Of a DNA stretch of 36,996 nt, positions 18,501 through 27,429 are shown in pieces. This stretch comes from a virus: the UHGV virus genome UHGV-0150596. One strand, 5' to 3'. The notes beneath the pieces were generated by a model. The model was not told where the DNA came from and did not search any database. It worked only from the letters and a program-made list of their open reading frames with translations. The position numbers and the translations under genes are program-made. Numbering within the stretch: position 1 is the stretch's first letter; the number at the start of each line of letters is the position of its first letter.

Positions 18501-18706
18501 TTCCGTTATCGGCGCAGACGTATGATGAAATGGGTGCCGGCATTGCCAGGGCAAACGGTGGTGCGGCAGGCGGTATAACGCTGAACGTATCAGCCCTTGA
18601 TGCCGAGTCCTTTGGCAATTGGCTCGAATCGAAAGGCGGCCGAGTATTGCGTCAGTTCACCGTTAACCAAGACCGTGAATTTATCGGCACATCGGGAGTG
18701 TGGTAA
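15545..18706 (+). CDS. Tail tape measure protein
   Basis: 1053 aa Ala-rich helical protein; QLTQAMAAGKLQGDEF.SIMEN tape-measure domain; ANPVGIVI; C-terminal A.GG...IGE...EAVIPL. Confidence 0.95.
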   Translation: MADANIHVKIKGDSSSAEQAIDRVGSKLENALGEKMGGIAKKALEKMPMAAAAAGVALVAQEVAQLAGKVSDTADQMAQLKSRINLINDGTQTTTEIMDKVYAAAQRSRGGYVEMADSVAKLNMLAKDAFSSNDEAIAFVEQLNKQFKISGASVQESTAAMYQLTQAMAAGKLQGDEFHSIMENAPMLAQAIAQQMGMTVGQLKEMSSQGLITADVIKEALFNSAEETNAKFAEIPMTFAEIGQQLSNQALQAFQPVLEQLSSITASSDFQAIVEGIGTSFKVMSAAAQVAIAAIKAAFSALSVIVRTVASVIKSAFSVIIGMGNQIKPIIAGVAVAFTTWKTAILAVSVATKAAATAQALYKGQMVASRIATIGVTLASIQLKAAMIASAIATAGVRGVMMALSGTLNLAKVGTMALGAATKVMNAIMRANPVGIVITILSVLAGVLGTCAAATQGFGETASAVWETLVHTVAWAINQIIALINKLINAVNGVGAKLASVFDFDFSAINNIEGISPEEAQAFGDTIKSAAGDVFNALSGGGGGEIDGGGYDGGGGGYDAGGAGGGGGSGGSGGGGGAGSAGNQLAEEAKRIHEQIQQNYLEMFGKQSELVELQYKKELEELNKSKDANEHYQEDLTNLQAIYAEKRIQAEHEEQQAIREVWNKVRDMAKDFNFSISTKDSTGSASPLTQLEHDHEEAINSITDKWQGFSDEYIKMTKQQQAEYKAALDANGIAYEIVGKNEITFEAEKNKELLAQEQEYLLKRNDLYRQMSEEKWAIDEALRTQNFASLQQALTDEYVMTQDNYNLRKEMLDEYQQAVMDSYFNTQEMWMGAMMSGIDALQEGLSGLLQGTTSLGKAFENIGKALIKSLADYVANWAAARLKQAILGKTLQQQETAASVAAANAQIPPWTTLAQQVAMATGGVSATTGMAAWTAQSAIGAAAGLAMQAKNTLMGSAPNLHMASGGVAVGRTYAEIGEGKYPEAVIPLSAQTYDEMGAGIARANGGAAGGITLNVSALDAESFGNWLESKGGRVLRQFTVNQDREFIGTSGVW

Positions 18707-18708
18707 CC

Positions 18709-19272
18709 ATGGAAAAATTGAAGAAATTCCCTCGTATTAAGTCGCTTGCGTGGAAGTCGTCTAAAATGCAGCACTGGGATACAAAATCCAAACGTAGCGG
18801 ATCCGGAAGAGTACGAACTATGACGACGTGGCGGTATCCGCAGTACACGATTACGACGGAATTCGCATACCTCAAGCCTGAAGAGTATAAGAAAATGATG
18901 GGCTTTGTGTCGCAGATTCAAGGCGGCACAGAGCCTTTCTTGTGGTTTGACCCTGAAGATAACGAGGAAAAAGGTATTACCCTCGGAAAAGGCAGTCAAG
19001 GCGAATGGCAAGCAGTGCGGCGTTTTGGCGATTATACCGAGCCGGTTGCATACGTTGATAATGTAAAGCTCTATGCTGACGGTGTTCCTGTTGAGAACGT
19101 GACTGTAGATGGCGGCATAATTCGGACTAGTGATACCGTATCGCCTGACGCTGTCATCACGGCAGATTACACGTACTATTGGAAGGTGCTGCTTAGTGGC
19201 GACTTTACGGCAGAGCTTGAATATAAAGACGTGTACAAATCAAAATCCTTTAAGTTGGTGACGGTACAATGA
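18709..19272 (+). CDS. Distal tail protein, DUF2460/GTA-like
   Basis: SGRVR....W.YP...PFLWFDPED motif; follows the tape measure gene. Confidence 0.75.
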   Translation: MEKLKKFPRIKSLAWKSSKMQHWDTKSKRSGSGRVRTMTTWRYPQYTITTEFAYLKPEEYKKMMGFVSQIQGGTEPFLWFDPEDNEEKGITLGKGSQGEWQAVRRFGDYTEPVAYVDNVKLYADGVPVENVTVDGGIIRTSDTVSPDAVITADYTYYWKVLLSGDFTAELEYKDVYKSKSFKLVTVQ

Positions 19273-20120
19273 AACAGGCAGGAGAAGCATTAACTCAACA
19301 CTTGAATACGGCAAAGTCATTCCGCAGTTGCGACTTGTATGCGCTTAGGCTTCAAAGCGGCATGGCATATTACTGGACGGATACGGACTCAAACGTAAGT
19401 CACGGTGGCCATGTATATCGTGCAGACGGGCCTGTCATCACTCGTAATAAGACCTCAACACATTCCGATGTGGCTGTTGATAAGCTTTCCGTTTCGGTAT
19501 CGTGCGATAAGCATGATCAAATAGGCGGTGTGCCGATACTGGCGGTCGCTCATAACGGCGGCCTTGACGGAGCGACCATGGAACTAAAACGTGCGTTCTT
19601 TAAGCAAGACGGGACATTAATTGACGCTGTAGATATCTTCACCGGCACGGTCGAGGTAAAGCAAGGCGGTGGCCTTACAATAACGCTTGACGTAAAGTCC
19701 GTTGTGCAGAAGCTTAATACAGAGTTTCCGAGTAAGCGGTACTATCCGCAATGCCCTTATTGTGTGTACTCTAAAGAATGTGGAGTCGATATAAAAAAGT
19801 ACCGTAAGCGAATGAAAGTAACGGCACTTACGGGCGTGAATACCGTCGGAATAGACGTGCCGTTTGAAGACGGCTATTACAATGCAGGCGGTATCGAATG
19901 GGTGTCGGGTCCTCTTGCCGGGCAATCGACTCAGATAATGAGTAGCTCGAACGGTACTGTCATGTACATGAGTCCGAGTGATACGCAGGCGACCATCGGA
20001 AGTGAGGCTTATATTTATCCCGGTTGCGATAAAACGCCTGAGACGTGTAAAAAGAAATTCGATAACTTCGCACGAAATAGGGCCACGCCTTACGTACCGT
20101 TGAAGGAGACGATACGATGA
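19269..20120 (+). CDS. Tail hub protein, DUF2163/BR0599 (gpL-like, Fe-S cysteines)
   Basis: C...VYS.EC and GCDKT..TC..KFDN motifs. Confidence 0.85.
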   Translation: MKQAGEALTQHLNTAKSFRSCDLYALRLQSGMAYYWTDTDSNVSHGGHVYRADGPVITRNKTSTHSDVAVDKLSVSVSCDKHDQIGGVPILAVAHNGGLDGATMELKRAFFKQDGTLIDAVDIFTGTVEVKQGGGLTITLDVKSVVQKLNTEFPSKRYYPQCPYCVYSKECGVDIKKYRKRMKVTALTGVNTVGIDVPFEDGYYNAGGIEWVSGPLAGQSTQIMSSSNGTVMYMSPSDTQATIGSEAYIYPGCDKTPETCKKKFDNFARNRATPYVPLKETIR

Positions 20121-20581
20121 GAAAGACTACAGGGCAAAAAATCGCAAACGCAGCGCTTGAGTGGCTCGGTACTCCGTACGTTAATAACGCCATGGCCAAA
20201 GGTCGCGGAGTCGACTGTGCATACCTTCTTGTTGCGTCACTTATCGGATCTGGCATGATTACAAAGGACCAATTACAGATAGAAAACTACTCGAACGAAT
20301 GGCATTTACATCGTTCTGAAGAAAAGTATTTAAAGTATATACAGCAAGTCGCCGACGAGGTTCAGGGAAAACCTCAAATCGGCGACTTTTTGCTATATCA
20401 ATATGGTCGGTGTATAAGTCATGGTGCGGTATATATCGGCAATGACAAAGTTATTCACGCCTTCGTTGATCTTGGGGTTATTATCTCCAACATTGATGAC
20501 ATTTTGTTTTACGATAATCGAGGTAAATCAAGGCTCCGTGCCGTGTATCGCTTCAATCCGAAGAAAGGGGGTGCCGCTTAA
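20117..20581 (+). CDS. NlpC/P60 tail-tip peptidase
   Basis: WLGTPY...GVDCA...HGAVYIG...IHA. Confidence 0.92.
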   Translation: MRKTTGQKIANAALEWLGTPYVNNAMAKGRGVDCAYLLVASLIGSGMITKDQLQIENYSNEWHLHRSEEKYLKYIQQVADEVQGKPQIGDFLLYQYGRCISHGAVYIGNDKVIHAFVDLGVIISNIDDILFYDNRGKSRLRAVYRFNPKKGGAA

Positions 20582-23500
20582 TGGGGTTTTTATTCAAGAA
20601 GAACAATACAACGAATCGAGCCGATATTATTGGCGACTTTCAAATAAACAGTGCTTCATACGGCGAAACAGTACCTGAAGTCCTCGGCACGACAAGGGTC
20701 TCGGGCAATATCATCTATTGGGATGATTTTACGGCGCATGAACACAAGCACACAAGCCGTACTGGTAAAGGCGGTGGTTCAAAGCACACGGAAATAGACT
20801 ACACATACACCGTAGCCGCAGCCATTGCTTTGTGCGAAGGACCTATAGCCGGTATCGGTAAGGTGTGGAAGGATAAGGAAGTTTATGAGTACCCTCAAGC
20901 CGATATCCAGTTATCCCTTTATAAAGGCGAATACGGACAGGAACCGTGGCCGTATGTTACTAGCAAGCACCCTGAAAAGGCACTGCCGTACAGCGGATTG
21001 GCATACATGGCAGGAGTCGTTGACCTCGGGAATCGTGGCAGCCTTCCGACGTATAATTTTGAAGTTAAAGGGAAACTTCTTGAGACTGGTGACGGGATCG
21101 ATGTGAACCCGGCTGATTATATTCTGTATGTGCTAAAGGCGGCAGGGATTGAAGACGTTAAAATCGAGGGCATTGAGAATTTCCGTAAGTATTGTACAGC
21201 CGCCGATATTCTTATCTCGACACCGCCTGATGAGTCGGCGAAAAAGGCACAGCAAATCATTAACGATATTGCCGAAATTACTAATTGTTACCTTTTCTGG
21301 TCCGATGACCGCCTGAAGATTGTACCCTTGGCCGACAAAGCGGTCGGCGATTGGAATCCTAAAAAGGAGATCCAGTACAACCTTACGGCCGACGACCTCA
21401 TTCCTGGTAGTGACGGGCAACTAGTTATATACAAGCGTAAAGACAGCTCGGAGGCGTATAACCAAGCAACTGTTGAATTTATCAATCGTGCCAACGGGTA
21501 CGAAAAAGAGACGGTGTCCTTCGAGGTAGTAGCAGATGTTCAAAAGAACGGTATGAAGCCGGCTAGTAAAAAGACTGCACACTATTTATATACGAAAAAG
21601 AGAGCGCAGTATTACGCTGAACAATTAGCCATGAAACGCCTGTACAGCAAGAACCAGTACACGTTTCATCTTGACTGGGCGTTCTGCCGTCTTGAGCCTG
21701 GCGACCTTGTGACGCTTACTGATGAGCTATGCCAACTAGACAGGCAAGTCGTTGTTATTACGGCTGTTAATGAAGCGGCAGACGGTGAGCTTGAAATTAC
21801 AGCAGAAGGCAAGCCGCCTGGAACATACGCACCGGCACGGTACGACGTACATGAGAACGAACGGCCGTTTACTGATTATAATGTTTCGGCTCCGGCCATT
21901 GACCATTACGCCATCGTACAGACACCTGGAGATGTATCAGGGAACGAGTTGTTATTAGGCGTAACGGCTCCGTCAGGATGGGGCGGTTGCGCGGTGTGGG
22001 TATCAGACACGGGCGATGCGTATAAAGAAGCCGGCAAGATTACGGCACAGGCACGTATTGGACGACTAACGGCAGCCATGACAGCCGAAGCGACGAGTTG
22101 CACGGTTGAACTTTTCTCAGGTGAACTCCGGGGCGGGTCGGCTATCGACGCTCAACGGGGCAATACGCTTATCTGGATTGACGGAGAATGCCTTAGCTAT
22201 GAAGGTGCGACTCTTCAGCCCGACGGGCGGTATTTACTAACAGGCTTAGTACGTGGCCAATACGCCACGACAGCTAATAACCACGCCGAAGGTTCGCAGT
22301 GCGTCCGTATCGATGAAGCACTGTTTCATGCTCCGTACCGCACGGAAGATATCGGCAAGAAGATATGGATTAAGTGTGCTTCGGTGAATATGTTCGGATC
22401 TAACGAGCAGGACCTTTCCGAAGTACAGGCCATTGAGTATACGATACAGCCGTATTACATTCCCGAAGTTCGAGACCTTGCCGTATACACGAAATATTAC
22501 GACTTAGGTGATGGCGTCTCGTCTTTTGATGTTATCGCAACCTTTGCACCGCCTCAAATTACAAGCTTCGACACGGCCGAAGGATGGTATAAAGAAGGCT
22601 CCGGAGACTGGAAGTACGGCGGTAACGGTGACGGACAAATCGTTATCAGTGGCTGTGAGCTTGGTCATACGTATGACATTCGAATCAGGGTAAAAGACCG
22701 ACACGGCAACTATTCACAAGGCCTTATTAAGCGATTTACGGTCGAAATGAAATCAGAAGTCCCGAATACGCCTCAAGGCTTTGCCGTTACCTTTGGGAAT
22801 GCGGCCACGTTCAATTGGCTCGAGGTGCGAAACGCCGACATTGACTTTTATGAAATTAGACACGACTTAAATCCGGGACAAGATGTCGGGCGTATCGGTA
22901 AAAGTACGAATACGGCGTACGTCGGAACGCTGATGGAACGAACCGGACGAGTGTACCTATACGCTCACAATCCGATGAAGGGATATAGCGCACCTGCCAT
23001 GCTTGAGTATAACGTCAAGGCGCCGAAAGTACCGACTCATATAATGGCTAAAGGCGGTATGTCGGGCATAGGCGTTACGTTTGACCCTGTTCCTCTTGGA
23101 TGCCGTGGAGCGAACGTATATGTCGACGATGCGGTTTACTTTACGCCTACTAACTCATTCTCGCTGATTCTTGCACCTGGCGTATACCGAGTGCGAGTTG
23201 CTTATACGGATATCTTCGGAGAAGGCGAGAAGAGCGGAGAGCAACTTGCCACAGTGAAGCTCGAGATAGATAAGTCAATCATCAGTCGTGAAGCCCTAGG
23301 GTTGGATGAAATAGACAGGGCGATTGCCAAGATTGAGGGTGATGTTGGGGTTGTGAAGTCAGAAGTCACCGGAACATCGACTCGTATCACGCAGTTATCG
23401 AACAGCGTTGATTTACGGCTCAATAGCTTGGATGGGAGAGAGCTGATATCTCGTATTAACCTGTCGCCGACTGGAACAAGAATCGACGGCAAGCTGTTAC

Positions 23501-23727
23501 ATGTTACTGGCCAAGCGCTCTTTGATGACAACATTGTTACGCCGAAGATGATTCAAGCCGGTGCGGTTACTGCTGACAAAATGCACGTAGAAAGTTTATC
23601 GGCTATTTCGGCGACTATCGGCACACTTCGTACTGCAACGAGTGGCGCTCGGACGGAGATACGAGACAATCTCATCGAAGTTTACGATTCTAATGATAGG
23701 TTACGAGTCAGAATGGGGGTATGGTAA
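20581..23727 (+). CDS. Tail tip/host-specificity protein (gpJ/GTA megatron-like) with Fn3-like repeats
   Basis: YG..VP.V.GT.R..GNIIY, LCEGPI, LEPGD; C-terminal coiled coil and AVTADK...LSAISA.IG...IEVYD....RVRMG. Confidence 0.9.
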   Translation: MGFLFKKNNTTNRADIIGDFQINSASYGETVPEVLGTTRVSGNIIYWDDFTAHEHKHTSRTGKGGGSKHTEIDYTYTVAAAIALCEGPIAGIGKVWKDKEVYEYPQADIQLSLYKGEYGQEPWPYVTSKHPEKALPYSGLAYMAGVVDLGNRGSLPTYNFEVKGKLLETGDGIDVNPADYILYVLKAAGIEDVKIEGIENFRKYCTAADILISTPPDESAKKAQQIINDIAEITNCYLFWSDDRLKIVPLADKAVGDWNPKKEIQYNLTADDLIPGSDGQLVIYKRKDSSEAYNQATVEFINRANGYEKETVSFEVVADVQKNGMKPASKKTAHYLYTKKRAQYYAEQLAMKRLYSKNQYTFHLDWAFCRLEPGDLVTLTDELCQLDRQVVVITAVNEAADGELEITAEGKPPGTYAPARYDVHENERPFTDYNVSAPAIDHYAIVQTPGDVSGNELLLGVTAPSGWGGCAVWVSDTGDAYKEAGKITAQARIGRLTAAMTAEATSCTVELFSGELRGGSAIDAQRGNTLIWIDGECLSYEGATLQPDGRYLLTGLVRGQYATTANNHAEGSQCVRIDEALFHAPYRTEDIGKKIWIKCASVNMFGSNEQDLSEVQAIEYTIQPYYIPEVRDLAVYTKYYDLGDGVSSFDVIATFAPPQITSFDTAEGWYKEGSGDWKYGGNGDGQIVISGCELGHTYDIRIRVKDRHGNYSQGLIKRFTVEMKSEVPNTPQGFAVTFGNAATFNWLEVRNADIDFYEIRHDLNPGQDVGRIGKSTNTAYVGTLMERTGRVYLYAHNPMKGYSAPAMLEYNVKAPKVPTHIMAKGGMSGIGVTFDPVPLGCRGANVYVDDAVYFTPTNSFSLILAPGVYRVRVAYTDIFGEGEKSGEQLATVKLEIDKSIISREALGLDEIDRAIAKIEGDVGVVKSEVTGTSTRITQLSNSVDLRLNSLDGRELISRINLSPTGTRIDGKLLHVTGQALFDDNIVTPKMIQAGAVTADKMHVESLSAISATIGTLRTATSGARTEIRDNLIEVYDSNDRLRVRMGVW

Positions 23728-24224
23728 CTATGGTAATCGGAATTGCTTTAGTGATTGTAGTTGCAGCTGTTATATTGCTAAAAAATAAAAGCAAGAAACC
23801 GCCTGATACTGCACAGAAGGAAGAAAGCGTACAGACCGCAACGAAACATGGAGACAATAAGGGGAAAGCGGTAACAATCATAAACAACGGCAAGAAAACG
23901 AAAGGAACGGTGATATATATGGCGGAAGGTATGCAGGTCTTTGATGAAGACGGAAATATCGTCGTTAATACAACGGATACAATATGTAATTCATTAGGAT
24001 ATATCAACATCGACGGAAAAACGCCGGGCGAAATTACAAACCCGCTTATTAAAAAGAACCGTACATGGGCGGCCGTGGTATTTCCTAGAAGTTCAGGAGA
24101 TGAGTATATGATGTGGGAACACTATATTAATCCTGTCATTATTATTGATGACGGCAAAATTTCGTATTCATATAAAATGGCTTGGGCCGGTTCGCCTGGG
24201 ATATTATACTGGGGGTTATATTAA
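23721..24224 (+). CDS. Tail-tip-associated protein with an N-terminal TM extension (second start at 23919)
   Basis: Hydrophobic residues ~2-20; MAEGMQVFDEDGNIVV at 23919 has its own GGTGA RBS. Confidence 0.6.
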   Translation: MVTMVIGIALVIVVAAVILLKNKSKKPPDTAQKEESVQTATKHGDNKGKAVTIINNGKKTKGTVIYMAEGMQVFDEDGNIVVNTTDTICNSLGYINIDGKTPGEITNPLIKKNRTWAAVVFPRSSGDEYMMWEHYINPVIIIDDGKISYSYKMAWAGSPGILYWGLY

Positions 24225-24784
24225 TGGCAGAAACAGGATTGAGAGTATATACAGATGATGGCGAGATTGTAATCAGTGAATCATATGTGAATTTTTGGTA
24301 TGACAAGGAAAAAAGCAAAGATGAAAACTTTGCATACGGAGTAAATTGCCTGACTGCATATGGCTGCAGTCCTTCCAATGAAGGGCGCCGATACGTGTTT
24401 TCAGCAGACTCTCAACAGCCTTCTGAACACGGCACGGGGCTTCAAGTTATTAACGAAGTTGGACGAGTTGTATATGACAGCAACTGGCTTCCTCTCAAAG
24501 TGCTTCACTATTCAGATAAGCCTGGATATACTATTCCGACGGATAAAGAATGCGCCATTGTACAGTGTAACGATGAATTTGTTTATTATTATGCAGTTTA
24601 TGAGGATGCCGCTTGGGACGCATGGGGCGTATTAAGTGGAGTTCGCTTAAGAGTAAAAGATGGGGTAGTTGTTTTTGAATCGTACAAGAACAACATTGGG
24701 GACATCGGAAGAGCGATGGTTTACGATGAGGTGCCTTGCGGACAAACGGTCTATATGGTTGTCGACGTATCTCATATAAAGTAG
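24224..24784 (+). CDS. Tail-tip-associated/receptor-binding candidate
   Basis: TAATG coupling; repeated GLxVxxxxGxxV motif. Confidence 0.6.
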   Translation: MAETGLRVYTDDGEIVISESYVNFWYDKEKSKDENFAYGVNCLTAYGCSPSNEGRRYVFSADSQQPSEHGTGLQVINEVGRVVYDSNWLPLKVLHYSDKPGYTIPTDKECAIVQCNDEFVYYYAVYEDAAWDAWGVLSGVRLRVKDGVVVFESYKNNIGDIGRAMVYDEVPCGQTVYMVVDVSHIK

Positions 24785-24792
24785 GTGAGCGA

Positions 24793-25101
24793 ATGACGAT
24801 ATTCAACGACGAACTGCACTGCGGATCCGACTTCATTCGGAGATACGTTGTCGACGGCCACGACTTTACTGGAGCGACGGCAGCGATGAAAGTCCGCACA
24901 GAAAATGACATCGAGCTTGTAGCCGCCGAATGCATGGTCGACGGGGACTCCGTAACGGTAAAAATAACTGGCGAGCGTAGTCGAGAGATACCGAGACGGT
25001 ATCGCATGGCCAAGTACGACGTGTTCGTGCAGGCGGCCGACTACAGCTATAAGCTCGTTATGGGCGATATGCGAATTATTCAAGATGAATCAATGCATTA
25101 G
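24793..25101 (+). CDS. Fibre adaptor (BppU N-terminal-like)
   Basis: DFTGATAAMKVR...YDV...LVMG pattern; precedes the fibre gene. Confidence 0.55.
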   Translation: MTIFNDELHCGSDFIRRYVVDGHDFTGATAAMKVRTENDIELVAAECMVDGDSVTVKITGERSREIPRRYRMAKYDVFVQAADYSYKLVMGDMRIIQDESMH

Positions 25102-25114
25102 AGGGGGAACAAAA

Positions 25115-26128
25115 ATGGAAGAAAAACAAAAAGTAGAATTGACGTTGCCGAATCCGCTGAATATTGCCGTTCAGGTCCCGGGACTGCCCGGCAAAGACGG
25201 CAAGAGTGCTTACGAAGTGGCCGTCGAACGTGGCTTTGTCGGCACAGTCGACGAGTGGCTCGAAAGCCTTCACGGGCAGAACGGCAGTAGCTCCGAGCCG
25301 GTCAGTATGAACTTCCCGAACGTGTACCAGATGATGAAGAACAGAGCGATGAAGGTCGACAGCGATAGTCTCGAGGACCTTCTCAAAGCGTTGTTGCGTG
25401 AAGTTATTCCCGACGGTCGATATACGTCGTATCTTGCCGAATTCAAACTGGTTGACGGTACGTCGGTTGCAGTCGGTGATACGGTCGTACATGTGGAAGG
25501 TCAGCCCGGATTTTACGTTGTCGACACGAACGGCAATCGTCAGATGATACCCGACAGCGGCCGCCTCGACTTTGCACTCATGCAGCCGTTCGACGGCAAC
25601 GAGAAGATTCTCACCATGGAGTATCCGAACAGCAGTGAAGGCACAGCCGCCTCGCTTACAATCCCGGCAGTGCAGACGGGGGGAAGCGAAGAAGAGGTAT
25701 GGAACTCGAATAACAGTATCGAGTCGATGCGGATATATAAGCGTTCCGATGGGCAAGCGGTACTCGAGTTCCCTGTATACGCTACCCTGGACATGCTTGG
25801 GCGGCACGAAGATGAAATCAAAAAACTTCATTTCGACAGCCTGGAGCTTGTCAGTACCGTGAACATGGATAATGACACAATGGGGGTTCAAGGCTTATTG
25901 GACCTCGAGCAAATGACAAACAAGGTTTATATCGCCAAAGACCATTACGCACCGAAACAGGTTCTTTTGCCGAGTCGCTCCGAGCCGCTTCAACTCACAT
26001 TCTATGAATGGGATAATCATTCCAATCCTGGGCGTTGGAGCAGCTTCGACTGGAGCAGACGGCCTTGTAACGGGAAGACGGCAACGCACGTCGGCGTAGC
26101 ACAGTATGACATTCCCGACGATTTATAA
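25115..26128 (+). CDS. Tail fibre-like protein with a short collagen segment
   Basis: PGLPGKDGKSAYEVAVERGFVGTVDEWLESLHG motif. Confidence 0.7.
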   Translation: MEEKQKVELTLPNPLNIAVQVPGLPGKDGKSAYEVAVERGFVGTVDEWLESLHGQNGSSSEPVSMNFPNVYQMMKNRAMKVDSDSLEDLLKALLREVIPDGRYTSYLAEFKLVDGTSVAVGDTVVHVEGQPGFYVVDTNGNRQMIPDSGRLDFALMQPFDGNEKILTMEYPNSSEGTAASLTIPAVQTGGSEEEVWNSNNSIESMRIYKRSDGQAVLEFPVYATLDMLGRHEDEIKKLHFDSLELVSTVNMDNDTMGVQGLLDLEQMTNKVYIAKDHYAPKQVLLPSRSEPLQLTFYEWDNHSNPGRWSSFDWSRRPCNGKTATHVGVAQYDIPDDL

Positions 26129-26139
26129 GGAGGTTGCCG

Positions 26140-26460
26140 ATGTGGACATGGAGTTTTGAGTTAGCGGACGTACTGACAACCTTAACAATTATAAGCACGC
26201 TCGGCGGTATGGCTTATTATCTAATTGTGCGTCCGTTCTTACAACGGCTTGAAGAAGACCGAATCAACGACCGTACATTTTTCTCATCGAAGTACGATAC
26301 GTTAATCGAAACCTTGCGAGAATTAAAAGAAGAAATCAAGCTATCTCGGCAAGACAGAATACAGCAAGCACAACGGCACTTACAGCTCGTTGGACGGGTC
26401 GAAGTGTTGGAGTCACGGGTCGATGACTTGCGGAACGAATTGCACGGAGAGAAGCGATGA
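26140..26460 (+). CDS. Single-TM coiled-coil lysis-cassette protein (holin/antiholin-like)
   Basis: AAGGAGG RBS, N-terminal hydrophobic helix, coiled coil. Confidence 0.6.
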   Translation: MWTWSFELADVLTTLTIISTLGGMAYYLIVRPFLQRLEEDRINDRTFFSSKYDTLIETLRELKEEIKLSRQDRIQQAQRHLQLVGRVEVLESRVDDLRNELHGEKR

Positions 26461-26819
26461 GAGATAAGGTCATTAATTCACTCAAGCGAGCGCTTCAATC
26501 GGCTAGAGTGGGCGGGATTCACCCGACGGGGGTTATTGCTACACGGGGACTAGTACTAATCATGCTAGTCCCTATCCTTCTCGTCGTCATTACATATATA
26601 CTGACATTCGTCAGCGGCTATGTTGACGACAACCGAGGGAAGATAATCAGCGTCGGTATTAATATCATCGACCATATCTTCATTCCGTCCGTGTTGACTG
26701 CCCTAGTCGGATTCCTTGCCCTTTGGGTTGATAAGGACGGCAACGGCATACCCGACCGATTGGAAGAACAACAGCGGCCGCAAGTGCCGACGAACGAAAG
26801 AGGTGAAGAAAGAAAATGA
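26457..26819 (+). CDS. Putative holin (2 TM)
   Basis: Two hydrophobic segments, charged C-terminus, directly before the endolysin. Confidence 0.65.
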   Translation: MRDKVINSLKRALQSARVGGIHPTGVIATRGLVLIMLVPILLVVITYILTFVSGYVDDNRGKIISVGINIIDHIFIPSVLTALVGFLALWVDKDGNGIPDRLEEQQRPQVPTNERGEERK

Positions 26820-27412
26820 AATACGGAATTGACGTGTCGACTTGGCAGGAAGGTTTAGACTTTGAACGTGCGAGAATACTAGGTTATGACTTCTGTATCT
26901 GCCGTATCGGTTATACAGGAAGCGGCTACAATCTCGATGACCTGTTCGTACATAACATAAACGAAGCTAAGGCAAGCGGCATGGAACTGGGAGTATATTA
27001 TTACTCGACAGCTACGACGGTAGAAGAAGCCGAAGCCGAGGCCGACTGGTTACTTGAACAGCTGAACACGTATCTCGACGGGGTAGACCTGTCGGCGGGA
27101 ATCTGGCTCGACGTCGAAACGGAAGCACAGCGAAGCCTCGGAGCGGACGAACTGACGGCGGTCGTCATGGCCTGGGTGAACAGAATGAACTCGGCGGGCA
27201 AGTATGTCGGACTGTACGGAAGCTACGATATGTTCATGTTCGGTATGAACATCGACAGCTTACCGAATTACGTGCCGCTTTGGGTCGCTCAATATTCTAG
27301 CCGTAATGACCTACAGATTGACAAACCGAACGCCAATATAAAAATATGGCAATATTCAGAATCCGGGAACGTTGACGGCGTAAATGTAGACGAAAATGTC
27401 ATGTACGAGTGA
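26816..27412 (+). CDS. GH25 muramidase endolysin (catalytic domain only)
   Basis: GIDVSTWQ, GVYYY, LDVE, LWVAQY, WQYS..G.V.G..VD.N. Confidence 0.95.
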   Translation: MKYGIDVSTWQEGLDFERARILGYDFCICRIGYTGSGYNLDDLFVHNINEAKASGMELGVYYYSTATTVEEAEAEADWLLEQLNTYLDGVDLSAGIWLDVETEAQRSLGADELTAVVMAWVNRMNSAGKYVGLYGSYDMFMFGMNIDSLPNYVPLWVAQYSSRNDLQIDKPNANIKIWQYSESGNVDGVNVDENVMYE

Positions 27413-27429
27413 TAAAAGGCGGTGAATTG

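Noticed and set aside
25115..26128. Diversity-generating retroelement or invertible tail-fibre system
   Set aside because: No reverse transcriptase or invertase ORF, and no TR/VR pair or flanking inverted repeats noticed
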